This document shows positions 6,861-6,936 of a stretch of DNA of 6,936 bases, one piece after another. Every line of letters starts with the position of its first letter. Within the stretch, counting starts at the first letter, position 1. The DNA comes from Octopus sinensis. Lineage: Eukaryota. The notes beneath the pieces are model-generated. The model did no database searches and had not been told where the DNA came from. It worked only from the letters and a program-made list of their open reading frames with translations. A program made the position numbers and the translations under genes. The DNA is taken from contig NW_021828998.1 in assembly GCF_006345805.1 (NCBI RefSeq), positions 1 to 6,936 of the forward strand, written 5' to 3'.

Positions 6861-6936
6861 TTCAACTAGCAATAACCACGCCTCGGATAACCCTCGGATA
6901 ATAACATCGAAAAATACCTTGGATTGATGAGAACCA

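Noticed and set aside
6516-6901. Poly-Leu and poly-Ile ORFs resembling membrane proteins
   Set aside because: Artefacts of the (AAT/AAC)n array.
1-6936. CRISPR array or prokaryotic system
   Set aside because: No repeat-spacer array or operon structure. Spliceosomal introns, a SINE and microsatellites show the DNA is eukaryotic.

Overview
Eukaryotic genomic DNA, very rich in microsatellites. A coleoid cephalopod such as Octopus is the likely source, inferred from repeat style only. The ORF track misses the host gene: two 62-nt spliced exons on the minus strand (6460-6399 and 2787-2726) join in frame to ITSLKIKHNPFAKAFLDAKER|PEQRDIIEDPNESQQRSLSH, the end of the T-box and the following segment of Brachyury. 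The 3.6-kb intron between them holds two different, dead, 5'-truncated R4/Dong-type non-LTR retrotransposons in tandem, antisense to the gene. One is an endonuclease-only fragment (about 2850-3364). The other has RT, a CCHC knuckle and a restriction-like endonuclease (about 3437-5918). Every junction of both lies in (CATA)n sequence, which suggests microsatellite-targeted insertion. The next intron (left of 2726) has three hammerhead-ribozyme-like cores within about 250 nt. Two lie back-to-back on opposite strands as a 31-bp inverted repeat, and the third is a decayed Penelope-type motif. A tRNA-derived SINE-like head with an (AAC/AAT)n tail lies in the upstream intron (6571 to about 6860). 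Most listed ORFs are microsatellite artefacts or retrotransposon fragments.
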